Origin: Chlorokybus atmophyticus
Lineage: Eukaryota > Plantae > Mesostigma and Chlorokybus algae
Assembly: GCA_009103225.1 (NCBI GenBank)
Contig: RHPI01001616.1
Span: 374,731-438,730, forward strand
Direction of reading: 5' to 3'
Length of the DNA stretch: 64,000 nt
Position 1 is the first letter of the stretch. Each line of letters begins with the position of its first letter. The translations under genes and the position numbers were made by a program. Below the pieces are notes generated by a model that searched no databases, was not told where the DNA came from, and saw only the letters and a program-made list of their open reading frames with translations. Positions 11,101-24,985 of the stretch are shown here, piece after piece.

Positions 11101-14100
11101 CACCAGTCAACCCCTGTACAACCAGCTCTGGACTGTGGGCACTGACCACTGCAGTAACCATCCACGACGTAGAATGTCAATTGGTCACGAACCTGTAAGG
11201 CTTGCTTGTCGGTGCAATTGTACTGTTCCTGGTGCTGTTTGGCGCAATCTTTGTCATTGCACTTGCCTCGAAGGTCATAGGGACATAGGGGCTTGTTTGC
11301 CTTGATATTGTGCGTAAACGTGGCTGACTGAAGCGACTTGTGCCAAGCATGTTGGTACTGCCGCAGCAGCCTGCTTGATCGAAACCATGCCAAAGGACTG
11401 CTATAAGGCAACTGTGCTTGAGGATTGTTGGCAGCATGCACAGACTGGGTCAAATCAGGAGTACTGAAGCGGATAGAAGGGAAAGCACTCCAATTGGCAA
11501 AGACCAGTGCAGGTCTGCTTGAGGGCAGAATGGTCTGTGCTCCTTGAGGCTTTAACCATGTAGAAAAGGAAGGCTGGTTGCGCAAGCCATTGTCTGGAAA
11601 GGCAACCCTGGCAGGCACGGGTTCTGAAGCGCCACGACTACGCCTGCGTTCAGGCGACTTCGAGGCTGCCAGGACAGCTTCCTCTGGTCCTGTCGCAGCT
11701 GCATCCTCAGCAGCAGCTACCTCAGAAACTGCATGCGCCTCCTGTTGTTGGTTCCTGCTCTGCGAAGGAGCCATGGCGGATTCTGCTGCTGCTTGAACAG
11801 TGCCACCTTCTACACAGCCGGCATCAGCGTGTGGAGAGCTCAATTGCTCCTGTTTGATATCGTTGAATTGTACAGAAGCATGAGGCGGCTCTGCTGTAGC
11901 TGGTGTGCTGTGGAACTGGGTGTCAGCTTCAGAACCCATGTGCATGCCTGTACCAGACGTGCGAGGTGACGGAGTAGGTTGCACTTCAGGACCCGTATGT
12001 TTCACTTGTACAGAAGCATGAGCCGGCTCTGCTGCAGCATCTGCACTGGGAGCGCTCGCAGTAGCTGATGTGCTCTGCAACTTGGTTTCAGCTTCCATAC
12101 CCACGCACATGCCTGTATCAGACGTGCGAGGTGATGGCGCAAGTTGCACTCCGGGACCCGTATGTATTGGACTTTGCAATGGCTCCTCTTTGCGCTTCTG
12201 ACTTGAAGCTAGCAACCTCGCCTTTTCCGCTGACAGTGCCAGCAGCCGTTGCTGCTGCAACGTCATCTCCAAGGCCCGAAGGCTCTTCTCTGCCTCGGAT
12301 CGTTCTGCTTGCAATTGCTTCTGCGGGCTGCTTGCAGCAGGCTGCGCTGAACTGGTGATGGTGCAAGGACTGGCACTCACTGATACGCGCAAGCTTGACT
12401 GAGCTCTTTGGGATGCGACTGGAACTGCACTTGCTTCGCTCACTGCCTTGCGTGCGATGGGGGCAGTGGGAGGCAGCTGCGCTTGCTTTGGTGGCATGGA
12501 CCGGTGTGATGAACTAGTGGGATTCCCTTCCTGAGCAGGGGTCACTGTTGTCTTTGGAGCAGCCTCTGCCGTCACTTGCTTTACTGGCATGTTTCCTTGT
12601 GATAAACTAGTGGGATTCCCTTCCTGAACAGGGGTCACTGTTGTCTCTGGAGCAGCCTCTGCCATCACTTGCTTTGATGGCATGTTTCCTTGTGATGAAC
12701 TAGTGGAATTCCCTTCCTGAACAGGGGTCACTACTGTCTCTGGAGCAGCCCCTGCCATTGCATGTTTTGGTGGCATGGTCCCCTGTGATGAACTAGTGAT
12801 ATTCCCTTCCTGATGAGGTGACGATATTTTTGTTGGAGACGCCTCTGCAGTCGCCCGCTGTGGTGAAGTAATGTGGTGTCGTTTATGCCGAGGTCTCGCT
12901 GTCTGATATGGTGCACTACGTTCCTTGACATTAGGAGAAGCCGAGCTCGAGGTCAGTTGTGAAACCGCACCTTGCACGTTCATCGCACCTCTTGCAGCAT
13001 GAGAAGCAGGCTGTCGCGATAATTTCTTGGCAGCAGAGGCGTCCGCTTGCTGAACTGCAGCGTGCTGGGCGACAGTAGGGTTTTGACTTGACACCTGACG
13101 GCCAATGTCAGCCGCATCAATGCTAGCTGTGCACGCAGCACCAAAAGTAGCAGCTGCTCCTCCCCCAGCTTGTAGAGCCGCAACCAAATGCGGGACTGTG
13201 TTAGGTACTGGCACCCTGTCTTGCGCATTGCTTTGGGGTAGTGCCAATACCCTGTCCTGCCCTTCAACCACTACAGGTGGTTTCTGCCTACAGCTTGACG
13301 CCTGCACATCTGCAACAACCAGTGAGTTTCACTCAGCACATTTCAAACCTTGCCTGCAACTAGCAGCCTCTGGAATGATCCAGTTGGGTAGTTACAGCTC
13401 AAACAAGCAGAACGCAGTGACTGGACCTGAAGGTGGAGCTTCCAGCGCTTGCAAAACAGGCACAGCTTGCTGTACGGAGTGCAATAGCTGCGAATGCCTA
13501 GCAAGAACAGCAGCAGACGCCTCGTGCAGCTTTTGTTGGTACTCAGCTGCCTTTTGCTTTTCAACGTTCAAGGCAGCATCCATAACCGACAGCTCTGCAA
13601 GCAGTCTGGCCCTTCTAACCTGCAACAAAGGCGCTGCTCAGCCTTCTGTTCAATGCGCATGGACATAGTAAGGTATGCACCATTCTCAACAAGTCTGCGC
13701 AAGCCAGCATGACATGTTTTACCTCCAGTCGCCGCACAGCAGCCTGTTGGTTGTAGAGTGAACCTTGCACGTTTCGCTCCATCTCCTCAGCATCAACTAA
13801 GGCCGCCTGCAGTTTGACAAGCTAAACATGCACGTCACCACATGCGCAGATGAGCCACAACCGTTTAGCCTTGTGATGTTTGCCACACATAACATGCAAC
13901 TGCAAGCCCTGACCTGAATAGCATTTGGTGACTGTGGCTCGCTCTGCACAGCGACTGCTTGCTGTGATGCAGCGCGGTCAGGTGACTGTGGCTCGCTCTG
14001 CACAGCCACTGCTTGCTCGGGTACAGCGCGATCAGGTGACCCATTGCGTGCTGCATCAGACTGCTGTGACTGACCATCAGGAGTCGGAGTGTTTCTGGGG

Positions 14101-16707
14101 TTATCCAGGCCAGATAACTGCCTCAATCTCTTCATAGGTCCCATATCTGCAGCAAGTTTGGCAATGCCAGCAGGCGAACTGGATGCAGCACTGCGCTTTA
14201 CTGAACGTCGTTTGCCAGCAGATGGTGGCTTTGAGGGAGTTGCTGCCTGCTTGGATGTGGTGTTTGTGTCCGGCTGCGCCACTACCTGTGGGTTTGGTGG
14301 AACCTGTGTCGCCTCGGGTATTTGGACAGGCACTGCTGATGGTGTCGGTGCAGGTGGAGACAGTGAGGCCTGTCCACCTGGAGAACTGGATGGCACATCA
14401 GGTACTGCAGATTGATGCTCTGCAGATGGGTTGTTTGGAGAAGCCGCTTGAGCAGCTGGTTGGACTGCACTTACCAACGGTTGCGCAGCCAGAGAACTTA
14501 GAACCACACCAGGTACCGCAGGTTGATGCTCTCCCGATGGGTCGCTTCGAGGAGCCATCTGAGCAACGTTCTGCTTGCTGCTTCGTTGGACTGCAGATAT
14601 ACCCGAAGATAGCCCAGACTGCCTGCCTGGAGGATTGGTGGTTGCTGCAGGAGGGTCAGCAGGTGGACTGCGTGATGAAGGGCGTGGCAATGTTGACTTG
14701 TCTGTTGGCTGCGAGCGTGCCGCCTTGATCGTAACTGCTTGCCTGGCGCTGGGCAGCTCAGCACCCAACTGAGCCGACTCTGGAGCTGTTCGCGTCTGCT
14801 CGGCTGAGCCATTATCCTCAAAACCAAGCACTGGAACCACCCTTTGCTGCTGCAATGGTGCAGAATGAGCAGTTCCCTGAGCTATCAAGGCCTGGCTGGC
14901 AGTGGAAGCGTGTGCAGTTGAAGTCACTCCATTTGCTGTCCGCATTGCCGGCGCCTTTGGCTGTAAGGTGGGATTCAACGCCTTGCCTTGAAGAGCGGCT
15001 TTTGAAGTGCTTGTGAGTGGGTAACGATTGGTGGCTGTCCCAGTTTCAATGACTTGAGGCTTTGCAGGCACATGCACTGAAAGGACACAACACAGCTCAG
15101 AACCGATAAGATGCACGCGCCACAACATGCGGGAATGTCGCTGTCGATTGTAAACCATGCTTATGTGCAAGTGCCTGCCAAGTAGCTCACAAGTCGTCAT
15201 GCATGATGACTTCAGCACAATGCATGCGCCATAAGAGGCTAGAGGCTATTAAGCAAGGACTCCGCACGAGACTCCAGATACAAGGGAGCAAACCCACTAT
15301 GAGGACTTGGGGTGAAAAACGCAAGTTCCAAACCTGAAGGTGGCCGCGGTGCAAAGAATGCTGAAGGCTTTGCCAGAGGCGCAGCTGCCATCAGCGGCGG
15401 CGGCGGGGCCAAACTGGCTGGCAACGCCTTCTCTATACCTTGAGGTCTTTCCTGCTTAGCAATTTGCGCACGCAGCTGCGCCATTTTTACCTCCAAATCT
15501 GTGAGTACTCTCTGCCCCTGCTTCGGAACCAAACCCGCCTGCGCCGGCAGTTGATCTGAAGAATGAAAGTCATCATCATCAAATGAGATGACGAGGGATT
15601 CATGACGAACTACAGGACCTGAAGGCGCAACCGACAAGATGTGCTCCTGTTGCGACAAGAAAGCTGCAACCGCACGCTGGGTTGCTTCCTGAGCTGCAAT
15701 GTGTGCATGATTCTGGTCGTCTGAAGGTGGAGTGGCCGTGCCTGATGCCGGTGTTGAGGGATCCGCTGCACCTGCTTGGGCCAGTTTGGCACGCTTGTGC
15801 GCTCGCTGACGGGCCTTTTTGGCTGCTTGAGCAATCTGCTGCTGTGTTGAGGTTTGCTGCGGGGGCAGTGGGGCAAGCGATGGCAGCTGCGCGGGGACTT
15901 GTGCGGGTTGTGGCATTGACAGAGTGTTGGGTGCTCCCGTTTCAGCAGGCGAATGCTGGCCAGCGGCAAGTGGAGGGAGCGGTGCATTCATGGCATTGAG
16001 CAGCTGACTTCTGTGCACGATGGCAACAGGCGGTGGTGACGGCTTCCTGACCTCAGCATCAAGGCCGTTGTCCGCTTCATGCACAGTCGCCAAGGGTTCT
16101 ACAGAATGGTTGGAGGCCGCGCCATTGTGGTTATTGATATCGCCCCGGGCATCCAGCTCCATGAACTCGCCCCTTGGAGACAGTGTTTCAGGCGTCATCT
16201 CACCTGAAAACAAAGCGACAACACAGCATGTCAGGTGGATGAAGCAGCATGCAAGGTCACATTGAGCGGGTGCTAACTTATGGCTGATCCCTCACACCTG
16301 TCGCACGATTCAAGGCCAAGCTCAAAGCAGAGACAACGTCGTGCTAGGAATTAAGCCTCTGAAGCGTTTCATGAAGCGTGCTGCATGCACGCAGGGGCAT
16401 GCACATAGACAACTGAAAACAATACTAAGACAGCATATTTAACACAGTGCACACATGCCTTCTTCTCTGTCGCTACCGTCAGCGAGAGGCTCACGCATGT
16501 CTGCCGCCATAGCCAACTAACTTGCAGCGGAACAAGAGGTGCGGGCAGACAAGACAGCTGTGTCGACCACTTTGCGATGGCATGTCATACTGCCCAAACG
16601 CCTTTGAATTCTAGAAAAGCAGATCAATCGCCAGCACATGCAGCAACTTCCAGCCTCCAGCTTCGCCTTGACACCCTCGACAAGGTCGTCGCCGTGCTCA
16701 GCGACAG
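8116..16707 (-). CDS. ZFC3H1: ZFC3H1-like (zinc finger C3H1) protein, nuclear exosome adaptor type; multi-exon
   Basis: Long minus-strand exons (track ORFs 15239-16213, 13797-15218, 10992-13307, 10444-10860, 8116-10104). Motif WFRSSRLLRQYQHAWHKSLQSATFTHNIKANKPLCPYDLRGKCNDKDCAKQH (~11200-11400) matches the zf-C3H1 pattern. It is preceded by a long disordered region and coiled coils and followed by a helical HAT/TPR-like C-terminus. Spliced N-terminal DDLVEG|EM. True start codon not located. Confidence 0.8.
12480..12820 (-). repeat. In-frame 93-bp (31-aa) tandem repeat, ~4 units, inside the ZFC3H1-like exon
   Basis: AACTAG anchor recurs at 12512, 12605, 12698 and 12791; peptide unit QEGNxTSSSQGxMPxKxxxAxAAPxTxVTPV. 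Confidence 0.9.
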
Positions 16708-17670
16708 CTGTTAACTCAGTGCAGCAGCAGCAACTCACTTACTGACTCAGTCACAAAGCGCTCAAGCGGCGACAGGCAAGCTAGCAGCCAGCAAGCTGAA
16801 AGCTGTTTCTCGTGAACAGAAAGCTAGCAATGCTCAGGCACACGCGTCCAGCACCAAGTCAAGCTTTCCGTGAACACCGCCGCCGCCGCACCCGCCAATA
16901 AGCCGACACTCAGATATGCTCTAAGCGAAACGCAACCCCTACTTTTCGAGGCTGAGTTCGTGATAAACGCTGAGTGGTCATTGCTGCACATACTACACAT
17001 AATGTAGTCTACATTAGAATGCCGGTAATGGTTCAAACATTCATGTGCTTTGATGGATAGTATGCTGTTATCAAGGTTAGTCCTAAGGCTGTACTGGCCG
17101 CAGCTGCCTGCTCAGACAACTGGCATGGAACTACTGGTGGGCCTATACAGGCAGCAAGGCATGATGGAAGGCGCTTGTGCTGCCAGTATACCAGTATGCT
17201 GATATACTGGCAGTGGTCTTCTACCAGCTTGATAGACTGGGGGCAGGCAGCGGCGGTGGCGGCAGGCAAGCGCTCAGGCAAGCTGTTGAGGAAGCAGGCA
17301 AGCGAGCCTTGGGACCTCTGCTTCTTTCAAATAAGAGCAGTAGAAGACCTGCTGTCGCTGGTGTTGGTGTTGACATACAGCGGAGTTGCTCCTGCATCCA
17401 CTTGTCGGCAGGCTGCAGTCTTTAGGTGCAAATGCTTGCTTGACTCAATATCTGGTTTACAACCGAGCGAAGAGTGCATTGCACACATCTTGCTACTTGG
17501 CCCATATGTGTATATTGTGCAGAATGTGCTTTACTAGCATCCAGTCAGGGTGTGTGGGCCACAATCAGCTATCATGCTAGGCCAAGACAACTTGACTCCT
17601 TTAACACCGTCCAAGCAAAGGAGAGGGCGCCTATTCAAGCTGAAGTCGCGCTGAAAAACACAACAGCAGT

Positions 17671-19522
17671 ATGCTGCTTCTGCAAGCAGCAAGCCCTAAG
17701 CTGCTGCTGTCACTCAGCAGCAGCGGTGTAAGGAGCAAGCAAGCAGCTGTCAGGGTTTTCACTCTGACCAAAGCAACAGTCAGCACTGAAGCGCCTTTGA
17801 CCAGTAGAAAGTCCGACAGCTACTTGAGTAGCACTAACAACCAGCGCAATGCATTCATAATCGGTGTTGCGGGCGGCACTGCAAGTGGGAAAACAAGCGT
17901 ATGTAAGAAGATAATGGAGGCCTTTGAAAACAACAAAGACTATCATCGGCATGTGGTCAGCATCACGCAAGATAGCTTCTACCGCAATCTTACCGACGAA
18001 GAGCGCGCGAACATAGCACAGTTCAACTTCGACCACCCCATGGCCTTTGACTTTGCTGAAACTCTGCAAGTGAGAGCTGCTTGGTTATGCGTGCGTGCGT
18101 GCATGCGTATCTTTGTATGCTTGTGAGTGTGTGTAGTTGTGTGTTTAGTGCTCGGTTGTTGGCTTGTTGCTTGGTAGCTTGCGCGCTGGCTGGTGTTGTC
18201 CTGCATGAGCGTGCGTGCGTGCAAGAGCGTCGCTGCCAATGCGTGCGCGTGTGTAGCAACGTGTTTGCGTTTGTGGTCGTGTCATGCTGTGTTGTTCGCT
18301 CGCGTGGTGAACACGTGCCCGCGTGTGGTGTGCGTGCTTGCACTTAGTGTTGTGTTGTGCTGAATTGCTCATCTTCCACCCTAGTTGTGCATGCAATGCT
18401 TACTTGCTTTATATGACAGTCAGCTTGTTCCAGGCATTGAGGGCGTTGAAAAGGGGCAGTGGGGTGCATATCCCCCTGTACGATTTCGTGACAAGTTCGA
18501 GGGTGGGGACTGTACCGGTGGCGCCTGCTGGTGTGGTTTTATTTGAGGGCATCCTCGCGTTCCACTCGCAGGAGCTGCGCCAGCTCTTTGACATGAAGGT
18601 ATTCGTCGACACCGACGCTGATACCCGCCTCGCCCGCAGGTGCAAGTCCACATAATCCATTACATACGATTGAATTACATTACATACAGAGGCACATGCA
18701 CATAACAATACACACAGTTGTGAAGGCACACATCAACGAACATCTACATGCACACATACAGCTCTGCAGCTATGCAGATATTGTCGCAAACAGCCAATCG
18801 GCTGCACCTTTCATGCCACACATTGCACGTTAATCTTACACGGTGTGTAGACGTGGTTGATGCCTCCAGCTACATGGTGAGAACATTTTGGTTATCAAAA
18901 GATGGATGTGAAAGTCTTACCGAAGTGTTCAGCATGCTGATACTGCTGTTGATGTATTCCTTCGCACAACAGGCAGCATTAGGAAGTTCTTAAACACACT
19001 TGCTGAAGCCGCTTGAGGAGTTAGCACGTGTTGTCATCTCCAGCAAGTACTTATGCACTCAGTATACCAAAGCTTGTGCAGCGTCATAAGTCGTTGCATG
19101 CATTACTGGTGCCGGCCCGCTGATGGAAAACAACTGTTGTGCAGGATGCGTCGTGATGTGGCCGAGAGAGGTCGCAGCATCCATAGAGTGCTTGACCAGT
19201 ACGAGCGCTTTGTCAAGCCGAGCTTTGAGCAGTTTATTCTGCCCACCAAACAACACGCCGACATCATCGTAAGCGTTGAATTGACATCTATGTGTCATCC
19301 TCCATGCATGTTTTGAATGGCAGCCTTGCTTGTACACAAAATGATAGTGTACTATTTAATGATGTTTTCTTCACACTATTGTGGCAGTCAGTTGTATGTG
19401 TCCATTGACGGTGCTATGTCTTCTAGGTACCAAGGGGTGCGGAGAATGCTGTGGCCGTCGAACTCATTGTTCAACACATAAAGAGTCTTTTGCAGCGCGC
19501 AGCAGTCAACAATGAACTCTAA
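17671..19522 (+). CDS. UCK: Uridine-cytidine kinase with N-terminal transit-peptide-like extension
   Basis: Exons give [17 protein letters not shown] (P-loop), [82 protein letters not shown] and [18 protein letters not shown]; stop TAA at 19520-19522. Confidence 0.95.
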
Positions 19523-19788
19523 GCAGATGGTAGCAAGCTAGCTATACAACTGGCTTCCTGAAGTTTTCAAGCCATCACATTGATGTGCTCTTATCGATCC
19601 TAGCAGGTGTTTGCACTCAGAGGTTTCGCTCGACCGTCATCAGTTTGTGGCGTGATGTTTCATACCATGTGACTGTCAGATACATTACTCTCATATCCTA
19701 CATATTGTACTCCTGGAGCAGTGAGAAACGTTATCCAGACATGTCACCCTTTCCTCCCAACGCATCATATACTCAAAACCCACCCGTT

Positions 19789-22700
19789 CTATGCTCCTTT
19801 CTTCCCTGCCTTCAGCCTGCCACACTCCCACTCCGCGTCCGCCCTGATGAAGCTCCAAAACGCGAGCACGAGCGGCGGCGTAACGAGGTGCCACGTGGCG
19901 TGCGCGTCGAGGAGTCCCCACAGCGGCGGGAAGTCCAGGACTTCGAGGAGGACGGAGGCTTGGAGGAGAGAGTTGAGCAGGAGGAAGCGCCACCTGAAGA
20001 AAGAGAGCAGGTGGGTGGAAGGGAGTGTGGGTGGATGGAAGGTAAGCATGCAACAGGTGGTGTGATGTGCAATGCAAGGTATATACAGGTCATAGGTGGG
20101 GGTTGATGTCGTGGTACTATGTATTGGACAAATATAAGTTGTGCAAGGCTTATCAGCGTATACTCGTTGTGTGTGCGTGATGTGTGGGTAGAGTGGCTGT
20201 GACCTTCGTGTTGCATTACTTGTTTGTTGTGTGTACTGTCACCTGTGGGGGTGATTGACGGCGAATACCCATACAGTCCACGCTAGTGCCTGTCCCGCAC
20301 CAACTATCAAGGACGCTTTGACATTGAAGCCTATCAAAACCACATCAGTAAGTACACAAGAGGCGAAGCAGGTGTTCAATGTTTTTACTCATCTGCTCTA
20401 ATTGCAGGATAGCAGCGGCTTTGCTAACCTTACTTTCGCTTACTCACCGTAATCAAAAAGGACGAATAGCATATAATACACGTGTTGTGCGAGTGCTGTC
20501 GCGGATATTGCCATAGCCAGTAGCTGCATTGAGAAGATTTGTCAGATGACACATGGATAACGGTGCACTTACACACATGCGCACACGCACACATATGCAC
20601 AAGACTATATATAAACATGTGCGCAACCACGCACTTCTGAAGGTGAACCAACTTACCTGGCCCCAAGGGTTTGTTAGCCGCAGCAACCTGATTATCGTCA
20701 CTGTCGTCATTACCGCCAACGCCACATTACCAGAGATGTAATCGAGCTTCTCAGTCACATCCACGTCCCTGCCACACAGACAAACAACAATCATAACAGG
20801 GCCATAGTCTGTGCATGGGTCAGCACGAGTCCGTATTTTCCCCTGAGTCAACACAAGGAGGGTTCTGGGGAAGGTACCCAACACTCCAGCCCATTATGCG
20901 TAATGCAGGCAACTACTTGTATACAACAACGTGCGTACGGCTTGTGTACACAGTAGCTGTGTACGCAAGAAGATGCATCAGCAATCCGCTTGTACACATT
21001 TATACACTGGTTCAGTGTCGCAGATTCATTGTGTACACAACTGCTGGGTAGGTACACCAGTACCTTGATATAGTAACAAGCAGGATGCAGTGCAATAGAC
21101 CACCCGCATCAACTAACAGCTGAGACTTTCGCACTCACGTGTGCACGCGCGCGCGCACACACACACTCACATCCCCACTACATCAGCCACCCACCTCGCA
21201 TGGAACACGGCGCTCCACAGCCATAAGTTGCAGTTTGCCGCGGAGTACGCCCCCCACAGCCGCCCTAGCGGAAGGGCGGAGGATGGCTTTGGGTTTGATT
21301 TTGTGATTGAGTGGCGGAAGGAAAGGTAGCCGAGGGCGTGGGAGGCGAGGTTGAGGAGAGAGAAGAGGACGGAGAAGAGCTCCTGGATGAGTGAGTGAAT
21401 CAGTGGTCGACCTGGGGTGTGAACTTTACAGTATTCATGTCGTTTGGGTGGTGTGTAGGGGTACTGCGTGTGCACAGACATGTAGCTTGAGAACTGTGCA
21501 ACTAGCGTATACTGTTTGTGGCATGTGCAAACGTACACTTGCATGCGCGCACGCGCGCGCACGTGCGTGCGAATACACATCACATACAGCTTACAGAGTG
21601 CATGTGGCTCACAACTGACCGACTCAATTAGTGTGTGTGACCCCTTACTTGGCATCCGAAGACTCGCACGAACGGCCACTTGCCATGGAATTTTCGGACG
21701 GGCAGGCCGGCGTCGACGCGCGCTTGCGTGGCATCGCGCATGCAGCGGTATCTGATCGCTTGATGTCAGCGTGCGTGCGTGCGCGTGTGGGCGCGGGCGT
21801 GTTTCTGTGAGTGTCGGTGCATGCGTGCGTGCATGCTTGCACGTGTGTTTGCGCACAACCATGTGTTTGTGAATGTGTGTGTGCATGCATGTGCATGTGC
21901 GTATGCACGTCCGTGCGTGCGCGTGCGCAAGGGCGTGAGTGTTTGTGCATACCCATGTGGGTATGTGTGGGTGAGTGTGCGCACGCGTGTGCTTGTGCGT
22001 GTGATGTAAAGTGCCGTTGATATAACTAACAATTGCTGCACACGTGCTCACTTGCAGTCGGATTCGCAGTCCCATTGCAGCAGCCGTAGGGCGACATCGC
22101 TATGGATGTCGGGGCAGTCGCCCGCGACGACGCATTGCTTCACGCATGACCTGGGAAGGATTGGATTGATGTGAGAGATAGTGCAATGCACGTGCGTGTG
22201 CAGGTGTGCCTTCACTGCTGCTGCGCACAGGCGTGCTTTTGGACAAAAGTTTCGTGCAAACATATGGTGTTCATTATTGTAGGTGTCCACACAGACATGC
22301 GCACGCCTGCTCAGGCACATGCTTGATGTTTCTGAGTGCGAATGGTGGAATGCTTGTACACGCGCATATGTGTGCGCACAATGTGTTCAAATGCAACCGT
22401 CAGCGCGCACATGTCTGTGCGCGTAGGCGTGTACAGCATGACGGTATAAGACAATGCAATGCGCGTAGACACACGTACACAATACAAGGGCGCAATGATA
22501 TGCGCATACATGCGGTCCAGCACATGCACACGTACGCACGCACGCACGCACGCACAGACAGAAGGTTGACTGCTTGCATGCGCTGTTTCCCTGCCCTCGA
22601 GTGTCTTGAGCAAGCAATATCCAGCACACATAAGCCCATAGTAGCATCCAATCCTGTTCATTGGTGCATGTGTTGTTGCATGGCGCCATGCATGTATCAA

Positions 22701-23012
22701 CGCTCAAACGCCATGTCAATCGACTCACCTGTTGGGTCCACCATAGTGAGAAAGTCATGTGACCAACACATCAAACGCACATTCAGGTGTACGTTCTAAC
22801 AATCACATAATAGAATTTGTGATTGATGGATTCACTGTTGCCTACTTGTAAGCTGGATCAGTGTCGCCATCGCTGGCGGCGGCGAGTTTGGCGGCGGCGG
22901 CGGCGAGGAAGAAACCTACCAGCACGACGGCGAGGCGGCGGCGGCGGCTGAGGACACCCCTGAGACCGTCGCCACCGCCGCCGGCGCTGACAGCTCCGCA
23001 CCGCCGCCCCAT
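19789..23012 (-). CDS. PGAP3: Post-GPI attachment to proteins factor 3 (Per1-like)
   Basis: Signal peptide plus ASDGDTDPAYK, WDCESDCKYRCM, KFHGKWPFVRVFGCQELFSVLFSLLNL, LWLWSAVFHARD, TEKLDY and LEVLDFPPLWGLLDAHATWHL across GT-AG introns. Confidence 0.93.
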
Positions 23013-23093
23013 AGCTGTAAGAGTTTCAAGACCTGTGTAGGGTTTGAGTCCCAGTTAGGATTGTCCCGGACTAGACCCAGGCTGGGCTCGGGG
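23013..23093. promoter_or_regulatory. Putative bidirectional promoter/5'UTR (81 bp) between PGAP3 and COQ4
   Basis: Divergent ATGs at 23012 (-) and 23094 (+). Confidence 0.65.
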
Positions 23094-24985
23094 ATGGGTT
23101 ACCCGGGCTACCAGCCCCTGTCCCTCCTTCAACGCGCCGGGGTCGCCGCCGCCGCAGCAGCAGGGGCACTGCTCAACCCAGCAAGAGCAGACCTGGTGAG
23201 TGTGTGAGCGAGCGAGTCTCTGCCTCTCACACTCACACACATTACTTTGCGTACACACGTGTGTTCTGTCGACAGGTTGCTGCTGTTGGTGAGACTACGG
23301 GGGGTTTGGCGCTTGCGAGGATGCGGGATAGGATGCGGAGGGACCCGGTGGGACAGGTGAGGAGAGGTGGTGGTGGTCTCACATTGATGCAGCACATGAT
23401 GTGTGGTGGTATCCATACATGCTGTTCGACGCATGCATGTTGTGCCACGTGCATGCATGCTCCATGACCCACGCGTATGTTACGGTGCATGCATGCATGT
23501 GTGTACTGCATGCACACGTAAGTACACTACACACGCATGCGTGTATAGCACTGCGTAGTCGCATGCATGCCGTGTGCACGCGCACTGCATGTACGGCTCT
23601 ATATAAGCATACATGCTGCACGTATGCATATACCGCACTGCATGCAATTTTACACATGCCAGTACACATTCCACACGCACGCATATGCACATCGGTTACC
23701 ACGCACGCACACCCACCCACACACACCCACACACACTTCTTCTCTTTCAGACCCTTCTCTCCGACCGCCCCCGCATCTCCGACGAGTCATTACATGCCGC
23801 GGGCATCTTCTCCATGCCGGCCGACACCTTCGGCGGGGCGTACGCGGGGTTCATGGGGAGGAGGGGCTTCCACGCCGACGACCGACCAATGGTCAGTACG
23901 TGTGGGTGGGTGGGGGTGGGTGGGGGTGGGTGGGGGTGTAACGTGGTGTTGGTCGGGTGACTCTCGCCTGCTTCAGGTGAGGTATGTTGACGATGAGGAG
24001 TTGGCGTATGTGGCGGCGCGCGCGAGGGAGGTGCACGATTTTTGGCACACTCTGTTTGGGGTAAGCATGATAACTTGGTGCATCACTGTTACATGTATCA
24101 GTTCATGACTATACACTGTCTGCTACAGTCTGCTACAGTCTGTGTCGCCCTTCGACAAGCTTGATTCCACACGCATGCATCATACACGCGTATGCGTGTG
24201 CACGTATTAGTCCTGCTCCCCTTGTTGCGCACACGCACACACACACGCACACACATCCCCAGGTTGGCACGACGGTGACCGGCGAGTTGGCCCTCAAGTA
24301 CGTTGAGCTTATCCAGACGGGCCTGCCGATGTGCGCTCTGGCGGTGGCGGGGGCGCCGATGCGACTCCATGCGGAGAAGAGGAGGGCGCTAAGGGAGGTG
24401 TACTACCCATGGGCACTGAAGGTAGGGGATGATGTGTGGGTGTGGGTGGGTGGGTGGGTGTGGGTGGGCGTGCGTGTGTGCGTGTGCGTGCGTGCGTACG
24501 AGTGTGTGACCATGTGAGGTCAAGAGAGCGTGCGCGTGTACGTGTGCTTGGGAGTGGCAGAGTGTGCGTGTGTGTGTGCGTGTGTGCATGCTCGATCATG
24601 CATGTGTGAGAGGGTGCGTGAGTAAGAAAGAAAATTGAGTGACTTTTGAACACTGATTTGACTGCACTACATGACTTATTGAGTTTGCATTGGTTGTGTA
24701 TGCTTGTTGAGTATGTGAGCATCAGCGAGCTCAAATGGATACGCACGCAGGCGGGTACGACATGCGCGGATCTGATATGTTTGCGGTACGAAGACCACTT
24801 TGCTGAGGTATACCGTGGTTTTGTATTGTATAATATAATAATATATTAATAAGCATGCGCATTGCACACGTACGTGTCGTGTATGTCTTATTGATGAGTC
24901 TTTTGTGTTGCAGAATCTGGATGAGTTGAGGAAGCGTTGGAGGATAATACCCGCGCCGCGACTACCCAAAGCGCAATCGCAATGA
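23094..24985 (+). CDS. COQ4: Ubiquinone biosynthesis protein COQ4
   Basis: [11 protein letters not shown]|[18 protein letters not shown]|[87 protein letters not shown] and [10 protein letters not shown]; TGA at 24983-24985. Confidence 0.95.

Noticed and set aside
23041-23052. GGTTTGAGTCCC B-box/T-loop-like motif
   Set aside because: No cloverleaf can be folded around it; not a tRNA.
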